Sequence record: NC_052662.1
Strand: one strand, 5' to 3'
Length of the DNA: 64,000 bases
DNA from: Escherichia phage Mt1B1_P17
Shown one piece after another: positions 25,620 through 35,640 of the stretch (positions are counted from its first letter, which is position 1; each line of letters starts with the position of its first letter). A program made the translations under genes and the position numbers. The notes beneath the pieces are model-generated. The model was not told the DNA's origin. It did not search any database and saw nothing but the letters and a program-made list of their open reading frames with translations.

Positions 25620-27860
25620 TTGATTCGTTTTGTAACTAAATCTAACGGTAAGACAGAGGAGTTTAATCCAGAAAAACTTCGCAAGTGGTCTGAATTTGCA
25701 GCAGGTAAACTAAACTGGTCTGAAATTGAATTAGAAGCTGTGAAGCGGTGTTATGACGGTGTGTCTACACGTGATCTGCATAAAGCAATGATTGCAGCGT
25801 GTATTGACAAGAAAACACAAGCTTACAGTGATATGGCAGGAAGACTTCTTCTGGGTATGATTTACAAACAGGCTCATGGGGGATACCACAGTATCCCTTC
25901 ACTGAATACCTTTTATCATGATATGGTAGAACGTGGACATTGGGCTAAAATGGATTATACTGATGAAGAGATCAAAGAAATCGGTAAGATTGTAAAGCAT
26001 AATAAAAATCTAACTTATGGTTATTCTGTTTTACGTCAGATGGTAGATAAATATCTTATTCGAGATGCAGTAAACGATGTGGTGCATGAGTCTCCACAGT
26101 TTCTTTTCATTGGTATCGCAATGAAGGTTATGGAGATCCAACCAAAAGAACGCCGTATAGAAGATATTAAAAAACTTTATACTTATGTTAGCGATCTTAA
26201 GATTAATCTGCCATCGCCGTATCTGACAACTCTACGAACTCCAATCAAAGGAAGTGCGTCTTGTTGTTTATTCCGTGCAGACGATACGGCAGAATCTTTA
26301 GCCATTGCTAATTACTTAGCTCATGAGTATACGTTGAATAACGCAGGTATTGGTGTTAATCTTCAAACTCGTGCCACAGGTCAAGGTGTTAAGAATAATC
26401 GTATTATTCATGGTGGTCTTCTTCCGTATCTGAAATGGATGGAAGATAGTGTTGGAGCTTCGAAGCAAGCAAGCCGTGGAGGTAGTGCTACAGTTACCTT
26501 TACCATACTTGAACCAGACTTCGACGATCTGATTCGACTGAAGAATCCAACAACACCTATAGATAAACGAGTAGACAAACTGGATTATTCTATTGTTGTT
26601 AACCGTTCGTTCTTGCGTCGAGCAGCAAAAAACGAAGATTGGATGTTAGTTAGTTGTGATGATGCTCCTGAACTTTATGAAGCTTTGTATAAAAGTGAAG
26701 AAGAGTTTGATGCAGTTTATGACAAAGTAAGCCGTCGTCGCATTAAGAAAAAATTTGTTAAGGCTCGTGATCTTCTGACAGAGATTATTGTTCAACGTGC
26801 AGAAACAGGACGTATTTACATGTTCTTTGCTGACAACGTTAACAACCATACACCTTTCCTGGATACGGTGTATCAATCAAACCTGTGTCAAGAGATCTTC
26901 TTACCAACTAAAGCTTTCCACAGTATGCCGGATCTCTTTACTGGTGAGAATACAGAAGATCAAGAATTGGCTTTATGCTTCTTATCTTCTATTGTTGCTG
27001 GTCGTGTATTACCTGAAGAATATGAAGATGTTGCATACTACACTGTATTGACAATTGACAACGTTATTGAAACAATGGATTATCCATTTAAACATAACGA
27101 AATAACTGCTAAAGCACGTAGATCTATTGGTGTAGGCATTACAAACTTAGCGCATTACTTGGCAAGTAATTTTGTAAATTATTCAGATGCTTATGCTAAA
27201 AAATTAATGCATGAACTTGCAGAACGTCATTACTTTTGGTTGGCAAAAGCCTCTCTGCGTCTGGCTAAGGAAAAAGGTAATGCGGAGTGGATCGATAAGA
27301 CCAAATGGCCTCAAGGTTGGCTACCAATTGACACTTATGCTAAAACAGTAGATAGTATCGGTAATTTTGATCTTAAAATGGACTGGGAAGGCTTACGTGC
27401 TGAAATCATTGAACAAGGTGGTATCCGTAACAGTGTCTTGGCTGCTATTGCACCTAATGAGTCCAGCAGTTTGGTAAGCAATACTACTAACTCTCTGTAC
27501 CCTGTTCGTGATACTATTATGTATAAACAAAGTCAGAAAGGTAGTGTATTATTTATTGTTCCAGACTACGAAAAACTGAAAATGTTCTACCAATCTGCCT
27601 GGGATACTCCGGCTAAAGATCTTGCAGAAATGTATGGTATTTTTACCAAGTTTACGGACCAAGGAATTTCTTGTGATTCTTGGTTAGATTATTCTAAATT
27701 GGTAGGGGGACGTTTATCAGTTAAAGAAGAGATGAAATTTATTTTGAACTTTGCTAGACTGGGTGGTAAGTCATTGTATTACCTTAATAGTAGAACAAAA
27801 TCAGCAGATTCTTTAGCACAAGAAGATTCTGATGGTGGTTGTGAAGCTTGCAAGATGTGA
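25620..27860 (+). CDS. nrdA: ribonucleotide reductase class I alpha subunit with ATP-cone
   Basis: 746 aa, TTG start after GGGAGGAG; N-terminal ATP-cone; catalytic NLCQEI motif; C-terminal Cys pair CEAC. Confidence 0.9.
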   Translation: MIRFVTKSNGKTEEFNPEKLRKWSEFAAGKLNWSEIELEAVKRCYDGVSTRDLHKAMIAACIDKKTQAYSDMAGRLLLGMIYKQAHGGYHSIPSLNTFYHDMVERGHWAKMDYTDEEIKEIGKIVKHNKNLTYGYSVLRQMVDKYLIRDAVNDVVHESPQFLFIGIAMKVMEIQPKERRIEDIKKLYTYVSDLKINLPSPYLTTLRTPIKGSASCCLFRADDTAESLAIANYLAHEYTLNNAGIGVNLQTRATGQGVKNNRIIHGGLLPYLKWMEDSVGASKQASRGGSATVTFTILEPDFDDLIRLKNPTTPIDKRVDKLDYSIVVNRSFLRRAAKNEDWMLVSCDDAPELYEALYKSEEEFDAVYDKVSRRRIKKKFVKARDLLTEIIVQRAETGRIYMFFADNVNNHTPFLDTVYQSNLCQEIFLPTKAFHSMPDLFTGENTEDQELALCFLSSIVAGRVLPEEYEDVAYYTVLTIDNVIETMDYPFKHNEITAKARRSIGVGITNLAHYLASNFVNYSDAYAKKLMHELAERHYFWLAKASLRLAKEKGNAEWIDKTKWPQGWLPIDTYAKTVDSIGNFDLKMDWEGLRAEIIEQGGIRNSVLAAIAPNESSSLVSNTTNSLYPVRDTIMYKQSQKGSVLFIVPDYEKLKMFYQSAWDTPAKDLAEMYGIFTKFTDQGISCDSWLDYSKLVGGRLSVKEEMKFILNFARLGGKSLYYLNSRTKSADSLAQEDSDGGCEACKM

Positions 27861-27866
27861 TGAAAC

Positions 27867-27890
27867 TAGGGGCTTCGGCCCCTTTTTATT
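27867..27890 (+). terminator. Rho-independent terminator
   Basis: AGGGGC-TTCG-GCCCCT followed by TTTTTATT. Confidence 0.7.
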
Positions 27891-27904
27891 GAGGAGAATT
27901 TTAA

Positions 27905-28990
27905 ATGGCAGCAATTAATTTACACAATGAAGTTTACAAAACAGGAAAATATCCAGTATTTTTGGGGGAGCAATTAGGGATCTTTGATTCTGTTAACGTA
28001 ACTTATCCAGAAATGCACAAACTCTACAAACTTCAAAAAGCACAAGATTGGGATGAAAACGAAGTTAATCTGGATCAGACACGTAAAGATTTCGTAGCTT
28101 GTTCTAAAAACAACTATGATGTTATGATTAAAAACTTATCGTTCCAATGGGAAAATGATTCTCTTGCAAAATCAATAATCACTTTGTTCTCTCCATTCTT
28201 GAGTAACAATGAAGCCTGTGCTATGATGATGAAGCAGAGTGAAATGGAAGTTCTCCATGCGTTAACGTATTCTGAAATAATCCGTCAATGTACTCCAGAT
28301 CCAATTGAAGTCATCAATCAGATTATGATTAATGATAAAATTTTCAATCGTATGGGTATCATTGCTGATATCATGGGTCAGTTGGAAGAAGCTGGTCATA
28401 AGTATGCTCTAGGATTGATTGAAGCTAACGATGAACTTCGCTTGTTGATTCTTAAAGGGATGGTAGCCCTGATTGGATTAGAAGGTATTCAGTTTATATC
28501 TTCCTTCTCTGCTACTTTTGCTATGGCAGAACAACAACTGTTTGTTGGGGCTTGTAAACTGATCCAGAAAATTATGCTAGATGAAATCTTGCATGTTAAG
28601 ATGGATTATGCTGTAATTGATGCATTGATGCATGACCCAATTTGGCGTAAAATTTACGAAGATAATATTGAAGAGTTGACTTTGATCCTCGACACTGTTG
28701 TTGAACAAGAGGAACAGTGGTGTGACTACCTGTTTAGTGAAGGTCGTTTTATTGTAGGTCTTAACGCCGAATTGTCTAAACAGTGGGTTTATTTCAATGC
28801 TGCTCCTATTTATCGTCGATTGAAAATGAAAGCCAAGTTTAAAGCACCTAAACATAGTCCTTTAGCTTGGATGGAAAAATGGTTGAATCCTGATTTGATT
28901 CAGTCAGCAGCCCAAGAGATTCAGTTAACTAATTACAAATTGAATTCAGCTAACAAAGATCTCTCTGATGATGAGGAGCTTGACTTCTAA
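27905..28990 (+). CDS. nrdB: ribonucleotide reductase class I beta subunit
   Basis: 361 aa; ferritin-like ExxH motifs (MEVLHALTYSE, LDEILHVK); directly follows nrdA. Confidence 0.8.
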   Translation: MAAINLHNEVYKTGKYPVFLGEQLGIFDSVNVTYPEMHKLYKLQKAQDWDENEVNLDQTRKDFVACSKNNYDVMIKNLSFQWENDSLAKSIITLFSPFLSNNEACAMMMKQSEMEVLHALTYSEIIRQCTPDPIEVINQIMINDKIFNRMGIIADIMGQLEEAGHKYALGLIEANDELRLLILKGMVALIGLEGIQFISSFSATFAMAEQQLFVGACKLIQKIMLDEILHVKMDYAVIDALMHDPIWRKIYEDNIEELTLILDTVVEQEEQWCDYLFSEGRFIVGLNAELSKQWVYFNAAPIYRRLKMKAKFKAPKHSPLAWMEKWLNPDLIQSAAQEIQLTNYKLNSANKDLSDDEELDF

Positions 28991-29199
28991 TGATTTTGAG
29001 ATGTGTTGGTATAATCGACACATTCAAAGACGTTTTTGACAAAGGGGCTTCTTATGAAGCCTCCGAAATGAAGAATGGTTTTTGTGATGTATTCGGTAAA
29101 CGCCCGAAGAAAAACGGCGATCCTTGGCTAGGAGTTATGTCTTGTGGTCATATTATTGTAAATGGTGTTGCCAAGTTTGAAATAATTAAGGAGGAATAA
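28990..29199 (+). CDS. hypothetical protein
   Basis: 69 aa. Confidence 0.4.
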   Translation: MILRCVGIIDTFKDVFDKGASYEASEMKNGFCDVFGKRPKKNGDPWLGVMSCGHIIVNGVAKFEIIKEE

Positions 29200-29352
29200 T
29201 GGCTGAAAAACTTATTTTTTGTCCTGTGTGCGGTGGGACTGGACAGATGGAAGTGGAAATTATGGTAACATTTCCTTGCCTGAATTGTCATGGTGAGGGA
29301 CGAGTAGTAATCTTTGAAAAAGAAGGGTTGGAGGTAGAAGATGGAGAGTGAA
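29200..29352 (+). CDS. small zinc-ribbon protein (about 50 aa)
   Basis: ATG after AAGGAGG; CPVCGG ... CLNCHG; below ORF-track cutoff. Confidence 0.4.
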
Positions 29353-29494
29353 AAAGAGTATGTTCGCATTCCACGAGAATTAACAGATCACATTGCAGAA
29401 GCAATAGCTTTCGAAGCTAGATGCTGTGGAGGCATTGCTTACGATATTTATGAAGCAATTATTAAAGCTGCTCAAGAAGAGGAGGAGATGAAAA

Positions 29495-29821
29495 ATGGGT
29501 ATTGATATCGAATGGCGTATGTTACAGGGTGCACCTTTTAATAAGTGGGAAGAGGCTGTAGGAGAAGATCCTAGAATTGAAGAAGAATTTGATGGAGATT
29601 TTAACTGGTTCTTACAAGAAGGTCTTGACTTAAGCCGCATCTCTCCTTTCTACGATGCAGATGAGTCTTATTGCATATATGGCCTTGATTTAGAAGGTGG
29701 AGAAGGAAGCATAGCTGTAGATCTTGAGCAATTGAATGAGAATGCAAAAGAAGCCTATGCAGAGCTACTTGAAAAATATAACATTAAAACGGAAACTATT
29801 ATTTCTCAACATGTCTGGTAA
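29495..29821 (+). CDS. hypothetical acidic protein
   Basis: 108 aa, RBS GAGGAGGAG. Confidence 0.5.
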   Translation: MGIDIEWRMLQGAPFNKWEEAVGEDPRIEEEFDGDFNWFLQEGLDLSRISPFYDADESYCIYGLDLEGGEGSIAVDLEQLNENAKEAYAELLEKYNIKTETIISQHVW

Positions 29822-29830
29822 GGAGAGAAA

Positions 29831-30397
29831 ATGAAAGTAGAAAAAACAAAAATTGAAGGTGCGGTAATTATCAAACCAGACGTTTATAAAGATGATCGTG
29901 GTTTCTTTTTAGAAACATACAATGAACAAAAATACGAAGATATCATTGGTAAACAAACTTTCGTTCAAGATAATATGTCTAAATCAAACTTCGGTGTTTT
30001 GCGAGGAATGCACTTTCAAACAAATAATCCGCAAGGTAAGCTTGTTCGTTGTGTAAGTGGGGAAGTATTGGATTTCGCTGTAGACTTACGTAAAGACAGT
30101 CCAACTTACGGTGCTTGGGACGGTGTTGTTCTTCGTGCACGACACCATACGCAGTTTTGGCTTCCTCCTGGTTTGGCACATGGCTTTATAGTTTTGAGTA
30201 TGGATGCGATCTTTGAATACAAATGCACAACTCCATACGACCCTTCTAGTGAACAAAGTTTACGTTGGGATGATCCTGACATAGGGATCGATTGGGGCTT
30301 CGATATGATTTTTGACGAAGGTTTTAAACCTATCTTATCAACAAAAGATGCAATGGCTAAATCTTTTCAACAGTTACGTAGCGAGGGTGTATGCTAA
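29831..30397 (+). CDS. dTDP-4-dehydrorhamnose 3,5-epimerase (RmlC-like cupin)
   Basis: 188 aa; RmlC motifs GVLRGMHFQ and LPPGLAHGF. Confidence 0.75.
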   Translation: MKVEKTKIEGAVIIKPDVYKDDRGFFLETYNEQKYEDIIGKQTFVQDNMSKSNFGVLRGMHFQTNNPQGKLVRCVSGEVLDFAVDLRKDSPTYGAWDGVVLRARHHTQFWLPPGLAHGFIVLSMDAIFEYKCTTPYDPSSEQSLRWDDPDIGIDWGFDMIFDEGFKPILSTKDAMAKSFQQLRSEGVC

Positions 30398-31233
30398 CAT
30401 ATCTGGTATTGGGCGGTAATGGACAACTGGGACAAGCTTTACGTAAAGTGGTTCCTTCAAATGTATCTTTAATTTATCCTAAAGAACGTGTAGATATTAC
30501 AAATTTTGAAGCTGTGCGAAACGCTATTGTTGAAGATTATGTAGATGGTGTTATTAATTGCGCCGCTTATACGGCTGTAGATAAAGCAGAACATGATTTT
30601 GCTACTGCTTTGGCTGTTAATGCGTATGGACCTGCAAATATTGCGGCAGTGTGCAGCAAACTTAAAATTGATTTTGTGCATATTTCTACAGATTATATTT
30701 TTAATTATTCTCATCCTATTTTTGAAGATACTACACCTAACCCAATAAACAATTATGGGTATACGAAAGAACTTGGTGAAAAAATGGTGCGAGGAGTTAA
30801 CCCAAATGCATATATTATTCGAACAACCTCGGTATATAGCGAATTTGGAAATAACTTTCTAAAAACCATGTTGTCTCGCTATAATGATGGACAACGTGAT
30901 TTTATTATTGTTGCTGATCAGTTCTCTTGTCCAACATATGCTCCAGATTTAGCAGAAGCTATTTTTGAAGTATTAAAAACAGGTTGGTCAAGGTCTGTTA
31001 AGACTTACCATTTTGCAGGAAGCCATCTTATTTCTTGGGCGGAGTTTGCGGAAAAGATCTTGACACAGATGCCAGAACCTGTTAAGATATCGGCGGTATC
31101 AGCTTCAACCTATAATGCTCCAGCAGCACGTCCGGTGAAGTCACAACTAGTAACCAGTCACTATCTTACAAAATCAGATTTAAATAAAGGTATTGAACAG
31201 TCTTTAGCAGTATTACTTAATAAGGAGAGGTAA
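30391..31233 (+). CDS. dTDP-4-dehydrorhamnose reductase (RmlD-like)
   Basis: 280 aa; Rossmann LVLGGNGQLG and catalytic YGYTKELGE. Confidence 0.7.
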   Translation: MLTYLVLGGNGQLGQALRKVVPSNVSLIYPKERVDITNFEAVRNAIVEDYVDGVINCAAYTAVDKAEHDFATALAVNAYGPANIAAVCSKLKIDFVHISTDYIFNYSHPIFEDTTPNPINNYGYTKELGEKMVRGVNPNAYIIRTTSVYSEFGNNFLKTMLSRYNDGQRDFIIVADQFSCPTYAPDLAEAIFEVLKTGWSRSVKTYHFAGSHLISWAEFAEKILTQMPEPVKISAVSASTYNAPAARPVKSQLVTSHYLTKSDLNKGIEQSLAVLLNKER

Positions 31234-31493
31234 TGGAATTTGTAATTTTTGGTAAACCTAACTGTCAATTTTGCGAAATGTCAAAACAACTATTAACCAT
31301 GCGCAATAAACAGTTTGAATATTTAAGTCTTGATCAAGACTATGATTTAGAATCAATGACTAAAACAGTTGTTGATCTTACCGGAGTTCCTCCACGCACA
31401 TTTCCACAAATTCTGTCTGAAGTGAACGGGGAGGTAACATACGTAGGCGGTTTTACCGAACTGCGTGATCTCATGGCTCAAATTGCGGAGTAA
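31233..31493 (+). CDS. glutaredoxin/thioredoxin-like protein (NrdC-like)
   Basis: 86 aa; CxxC active site in GKPNCQFCEMSK. Confidence 0.65.
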   Translation: MEFVIFGKPNCQFCEMSKQLLTMRNKQFEYLSLDQDYDLESMTKTVVDLTGVPPRTFPQILSEVNGEVTYVGGFTELRDLMAQIAE

Positions 31494-31655
31494 CAATTAT
31501 GAAAAGTAAACAGAAACGTAAGATCTTTTCTCGTGCTTTGGCAAATGAGCTGAAGTCCAACATAAAGAAAACGAAACCAAAACGTGAAACTTCTCCAGAA
31601 CATCTGTTGTTTAACGAGTTGGATCACGGAGTAGGAGACGACGAATAGGAAGTAA

Positions 31656-32156
31656 ATGGCTAAAGTAGTAGATGAGTTTGATATGCTACGAGTCGATGAA
31701 GGACTGAAGCTTACTGTTTATCAAGACCATCTTGGTTATTGGACAGTCGGCATAGGACACCTTCTGACTAAAATAAAAGATAAAGCAAAGGCTATTCAAA
31801 TCTTAGATAATCTTCTTGGTCGTAAGACTAATGGAGTTATCACAGAAAAAGAAGCCCGTCAAATCTTTGCTGACGATGTTGCAAAAGTGAAGAGAGACAT
31901 AAAAAACAGTACTATCTTATCACCAATCTATGATAAGGTTAGTGATACTCGTAAATTGGGAATAATTAACATGGTTTTCCAGTTGGGGTTAAAAGGTGCT
32001 GAAGGGTTTCAAAATAGCTTGACTTTAATCAGCAATGCATATTATACTCAAGCAGGTAAAAACATGCGTAAAAGCCGATGGTATAGCCAGACGCCAAACC
32101 GTGCTGAACGAGTAATTAAAGTTCTGACTTCTGGAACTTTAGATGCTTACAACTAA
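31656..32156 (+). CDS. T4-type lysozyme (GH24 endolysin)
   Basis: 166 aa; near-identity to T4 lysozyme landmarks: LRVDEGLKLTVYQDHLGYWTVGIGHLL, NMVFQLG, KSRWYSQTPNRAERVI. Confidence 0.9.
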   Translation: MAKVVDEFDMLRVDEGLKLTVYQDHLGYWTVGIGHLLTKIKDKAKAIQILDNLLGRKTNGVITEKEARQIFADDVAKVKRDIKNSTILSPIYDKVSDTRKLGIINMVFQLGLKGAEGFQNSLTLISNAYYTQAGKNMRKSRWYSQTPNRAERVIKVLTSGTLDAYN

Positions 32157-32160
32157 TAAA

Positions 32161-32180
32161 GGGGCTTCGGCCCCTTCTAA
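32161..32180 (+). terminator. hairpin terminator after the lysozyme gene
   Basis: GGGGC-TTCG-GCCCC followed by ttctaaaa. Confidence 0.5.
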
Positions 32181-32193
32181 AAGGAGTGCTACT

Positions 32194-32952
32194 ATGGGAA
32201 ATAAAACCGCAGCTAAAACACAACGGCAGAAACTGGCTAATTCAGCAAAGATTGAAAGCCGTTATGCAGCAAAAGCGGTAGGTAATGACGATTACCGTTT
32301 AGATGAATTTATGCCTGAAGGGGACCAAAATAAGATTGTTCAAAGCATGATCTGGAATGATCTGACTGTTGTAAATGCTCCGGCAGGGACTGGTAAAACC
32401 TCTGTTGCTTTATGGAAAGCTTTGCAGATGCTTCGTTCAGGAGACTTCCGTAAACTACTTTTTATCAAGAACCCTACTGAAGTCGGAGATGACCAGATTG
32501 GTTTCTTGTCTGGGGATAAAACAGATAAACTAGCAGCACACTATGAATCTACAAAACGTATTTTCCAGCAATTCATGACAGCCAACAAATTGGAAAACGA
32601 TATTGGATCAGGTAAGATCGAATTGAATATTCCTAACTATTTGTTGGGGGCTACCCTGGATAATACAATCGTCATTATTGACGAAGCACAACTTATGTCA
32701 ACAGAAACACTTAAACTTCTTATTGAACGTGCAGGTATTAATACGCATGTTATTGTATTAGGCGATGTTCGCCAGACATATGCAATTAAAAAACGTAGCA
32801 ATGGTCTGCATCAAATTTTGGAACTTTTATATCCAGAGAATGAAGAAGGTGTTCGTGAGCCAATTGTAGATTTTATTGGATATGTTGAACTGACAACGGA
32901 CGATAATAAACGTGGACGTTTGTCTAAACTGATTACTGAAGTGTTTATTTAA
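32194..32952 (+). CDS. phoH: PhoH-like ATPase
   Basis: start moved to internal ATG after AAAGGAG (track ORF 32143 would run through the terminator hairpin); Walker A NAPAGTGKTS, Walker B IVIIDEAQ. Confidence 0.7.
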   Translation: MGNKTAAKTQRQKLANSAKIESRYAAKAVGNDDYRLDEFMPEGDQNKIVQSMIWNDLTVVNAPAGTGKTSVALWKALQMLRSGDFRKLLFIKNPTEVGDDQIGFLSGDKTDKLAAHYESTKRIFQQFMTANKLENDIGSGKIELNIPNYLLGATLDNTIVIIDEAQLMSTETLKLLIERAGINTHVIVLGDVRQTYAIKKRSNGLHQILELLYPENEEGVREPIVDFIGYVELTTDDNKRGRLSKLITEVFI

Positions 32953-32984
32953 TAATGTGGCAGGGAAGCCATTTATAAGGAGGA

Positions 32985-33488
32985 TTGATGGGTGTAGCAA
33001 CAATAGCTATCGGAAGAAGCGGTATAGATGAGTGCTATCAAACGGGACTCGTAAAACCTAACGAATTTCGTCAAATTTGTGTAAACCATATTGAAAAAGA
33101 GATTGCTCTTACTTTAGAGAATATGACCCTCCGAGATAAACTGGAAATGTTTAAATGTTGGTGTCTAGGAGAAGATTGGCTTTTAAACCATTTTCAAGAA
33201 CTTTCTGATAGTAAAGAAAGCTTGTTTGATTGTATAATAGGAATAGCTGGCTCCGATCCTAGCCTTCTGCACATAACAGAAGAAGAGGCGAAGTTACTGT
33301 TCTTAAGTAATTTGTTTAATAAGAAAGCACTGCTTGTTCGTGATTGCAGTGATCTTCTTAATAACCCGCTCGCAACGTCTGATCAAATTTTTGTTGACAA
33401 AGAGACACTACGTGCGATAGAATACATCTGCAAATACGTGAATGGCGGGAAAGCGGTTCTTAAAACATTAACAGAGGAGGAAGAATAG
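32985..33488 (+). CDS. hypothetical protein
   Basis: 167 aa, RBS AAGGAGGA. Confidence 0.5.
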   Translation: MMGVATIAIGRSGIDECYQTGLVKPNEFRQICVNHIEKEIALTLENMTLRDKLEMFKCWCLGEDWLLNHFQELSDSKESLFDCIIGIAGSDPSLLHITEEEAKLLFLSNLFNKKALLVRDCSDLLNNPLATSDQIFVDKETLRAIEYICKYVNGGKAVLKTLTEEEE

Positions 33489-34180
33489 TGACGACAATTA
33501 TTGCAACCAAAAATAAGATTTTGAGTGACGGTAAGGTAACTTTTGGTGGACGTGTAGATTCTATTAATTTCAAAAAGGTCCGAAAAATTGGAGATTACCT
33601 TGTAGGTGGTGCTGGTCGTCTGACCTCCGTGCTTTCTTTCTTTCAATGGTTTGAACAAAATCTACAGTGCGAAGCAGCACGTGATGCTGTCCCTGGTTTG
33701 ATGATTCACTCTGATCCAGATAAAGAAGATGAAGAGTTTATTGCACTTGTTGTTCATCCAGACGGACGTATTTTCCTGCACGAAGGTAACAACCCAACAC
33801 GTGCATATCCGATTGATGAAGAATATTATGCAGTAGGGAGTGGGTCAGATTTTGCTTTAGCTGCTCTTGATGCAGGGGCAACACCAGAACAGGCTATGGA
33901 AGTAGCTAAAAAGCGAGATGCTTTTTCTGGTGGTGAAACATTTATTGAAGAACAAGACGAGATTATTGAATTAACAGATGATGATTTAGAAAACTTCTCC
34001 AAAGAAGAATTGATCAATCTTTTGAAATTCGGTAATCCCTACGGTGAAGAAGAACCTCGTAACGTGGCAGGTAACGAGGCGGATACTGAAGAAAAATCTG
34101 TTGCAGAAAACAACTTGACTTCTAAATCTGAAAATATTAATCTCGTAAATGTGGCGGATTTCGAAGGAACCGCTATTTAA
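33488..34180 (+). CDS. HslV/proteasome beta-like Ntn peptidase with acidic C-terminal extension
   Basis: 230 aa; mature N-terminus would be TTIIA (Thr nucleophile), GGAGR and GSGSDFALAALDAG motifs match HslV landmarks. Confidence 0.55.
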   Translation: MTTIIATKNKILSDGKVTFGGRVDSINFKKVRKIGDYLVGGAGRLTSVLSFFQWFEQNLQCEAARDAVPGLMIHSDPDKEDEEFIALVVHPDGRIFLHEGNNPTRAYPIDEEYYAVGSGSDFALAALDAGATPEQAMEVAKKRDAFSGGETFIEEQDEIIELTDDDLENFSKEELINLLKFGNPYGEEEPRNVAGNEADTEEKSVAENNLTSKSENINLVNVADFEGTAI

Positions 34181-34185
34181 CAAAC

Positions 34186-34208
34186 TGCCCCTTCGGGGGC
34201 ATTTCTTA
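34186..34208 (+). terminator. hairpin terminator
   Basis: GCCCC-TTCG-GGGGC followed by a T-rich tail. Confidence 0.5.
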
Positions 34209-34225
34209 AACATAGGAGATTAATA

Positions 34226-34660
34226 ATGTTACAAGTTCCTGCTAAGTTTGTTGAAGGCGCTATCCACTCTTACCGTCAAACATGTAAGAGGGCAAGAAAC
34301 TGTTTAGATGGTCTGGTGGCAAAAACCTATACTGTTGAAAAGAAGAAACGTTGGTTTGGCAAAGATGTTTATGAAGTTAATATTTTTGGTGAACATAAAC
34401 TAAACCATGACACTCCTGAAAACATGTTAGAAATATTTCTAAGAGATGACAAAATATCTCCTATGGATTACCAACTTTTAAAATTTTATGATTCTTCTTT
34501 GGCTATTGATAAGTTTGTTGAAGATATTCTGTCTAGAAAAACAGATAAAAACACTTATCCTCTAGAAGCTGATCAAATAGGATTATTAAACGAGATTTCA
34601 TCCTTCAAAGAGTTGGATAATATTACAAAAGAGGAGATTTTAGATGGCATTAGATTATGA
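34226..34660 (+). CDS. hypothetical protein
   Basis: 144 aa, RBS AGGAGA. Confidence 0.5.
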   Translation: MLQVPAKFVEGAIHSYRQTCKRARNCLDGLVAKTYTVEKKKRWFGKDVYEVNIFGEHKLNHDTPENMLEIFLRDDKISPMDYQLLKFYDSSLAIDKFVEDILSRKTDKNTYPLEADQIGLLNEISSFKELDNITKEEILDGIRL

Positions 34661-35153
34661 TCGCCCAACGAGCGATTATTATCCGACACCGCAAAAAGCA
34701 ATCAATAGTTTGTTTAGTGTTATAGATTTCAAAAATCTAAAGGAAGAAGGTTGGGTTTTTGCAGAACCTTGCAGAGGTGAAGCTGAAGCGATTTATCGCC
34801 ATTTTCCTGAAGGTTCAGAATATTGCGAACTTGAAGAAGGTAAAGATTATTTTAGTCATGAATGGGAAAATCGTCCCGACATTATAATCACAAATCCTCC
34901 ATTTAAGTTAGCAATGGAGTTCTTGGAAAAGAGCTTAAAAGAGGCGGATGTTTGTATTTATCTTCTTCGGTTGGGCTTCTTGGAGTCAAAGAAACGACGA
35001 GAGTTCCATCAAAAGAATCCACCAACAAACCTTATAGTCCTTTCAGAACGGCCTTCGTTTGTTGCAGGTGGAACAGATAAGACAGCATACGCTTGGTATG
35101 TATACGACCCAAAGAATCGTTTGGGCCTCTCTCAACCATTTTATTTTGTTTAA
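34644..35153 (+). CDS. putative N6-adenine DNA methyltransferase (small)
   Basis: 169 aa; motif IV IIITNPPF; short for a full methyltransferase so the call is tentative. Confidence 0.4.
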   Translation: MALDYDRPTSDYYPTPQKAINSLFSVIDFKNLKEEGWVFAEPCRGEAEAIYRHFPEGSEYCELEEGKDYFSHEWENRPDIIITNPPFKLAMEFLEKSLKEADVCIYLLRLGFLESKKRREFHQKNPPTNLIVLSERPSFVAGGTDKTAYAWYVYDPKNRLGLSQPFYFV

Positions 35154-35165
35154 GGAGTGTGAACT

Positions 35166-35402
35166 ATGGGTAAACTAATTATGACAGTGGCTATTGATTT
35201 TGATGAAGTAGATGAAAGCCTCAACCTTTCACTTTCTACTGACGTAGATGGCGAAATGGATAATATTGAAGCAGCTACTGCTCTTTTCTTCAAAAAAGCC
35301 ATTGAAGTTTATGCCGAACATGCTGCAAATCAGGCAGTAGATTACGGTGGTATCGTGCGAGCTTTAGTTCACTCTACCGAGGGCAATGACTGGGAAGATT
35401 AA
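35166..35402 (+). CDS. hypothetical protein
   Basis: 78 aa. Confidence 0.5.
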   Translation: MGKLIMTVAIDFDEVDESLNLSLSTDVDGEMDNIEAATALFFKKAIEVYAEHAANQAVDYGGIVRALVHSTEGNDWED

Positions 35403-35605
35403 TGGCTTACAATTATTACTGCATTTATGCACATGAAAAGAAAAAAGGTGACACTGGGACTAACGTTTATGCGGAGTCCGAATCTCATGCAAAAGAGATT
35501 GGTGCTATCCTTTTATCACGCTGGACTGGAAATAATTACAGTGCAGAAGATATGTTTGCAGAAGTGGATTCTAGTATCCAAGAAGACAACATAACAACTA
35601 CGTGA
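35402..35605 (+). CDS. hypothetical protein
   Basis: 67 aa, start overlaps upstream stop. Confidence 0.5.
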   Translation: MAYNYYCIYAHEKKKGDTGTNVYAESESHAKEIGAILLSRWTGNNYSAEDMFAEVDSSIQEDNITTT

Positions 35606-35614
35606 TATACTTAT

Positions 35615-35640
35615 ACTCCCTTTTCGGAGGGAGTATTTTA
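35615..35640 (+). terminator. hairpin terminator
   Basis: ACTCCC-TTTTCG-GAGGGAGT followed by ATTTTA. Confidence 0.5.

Noticed and set aside
32143-32193. N-terminal extension of the PhoH ORF as given in the ORF track
   Set aside because: The extension would translate through the terminator hairpin of the lysozyme gene; an internal ATG with a good ribosome binding site at 32194 is more plausible
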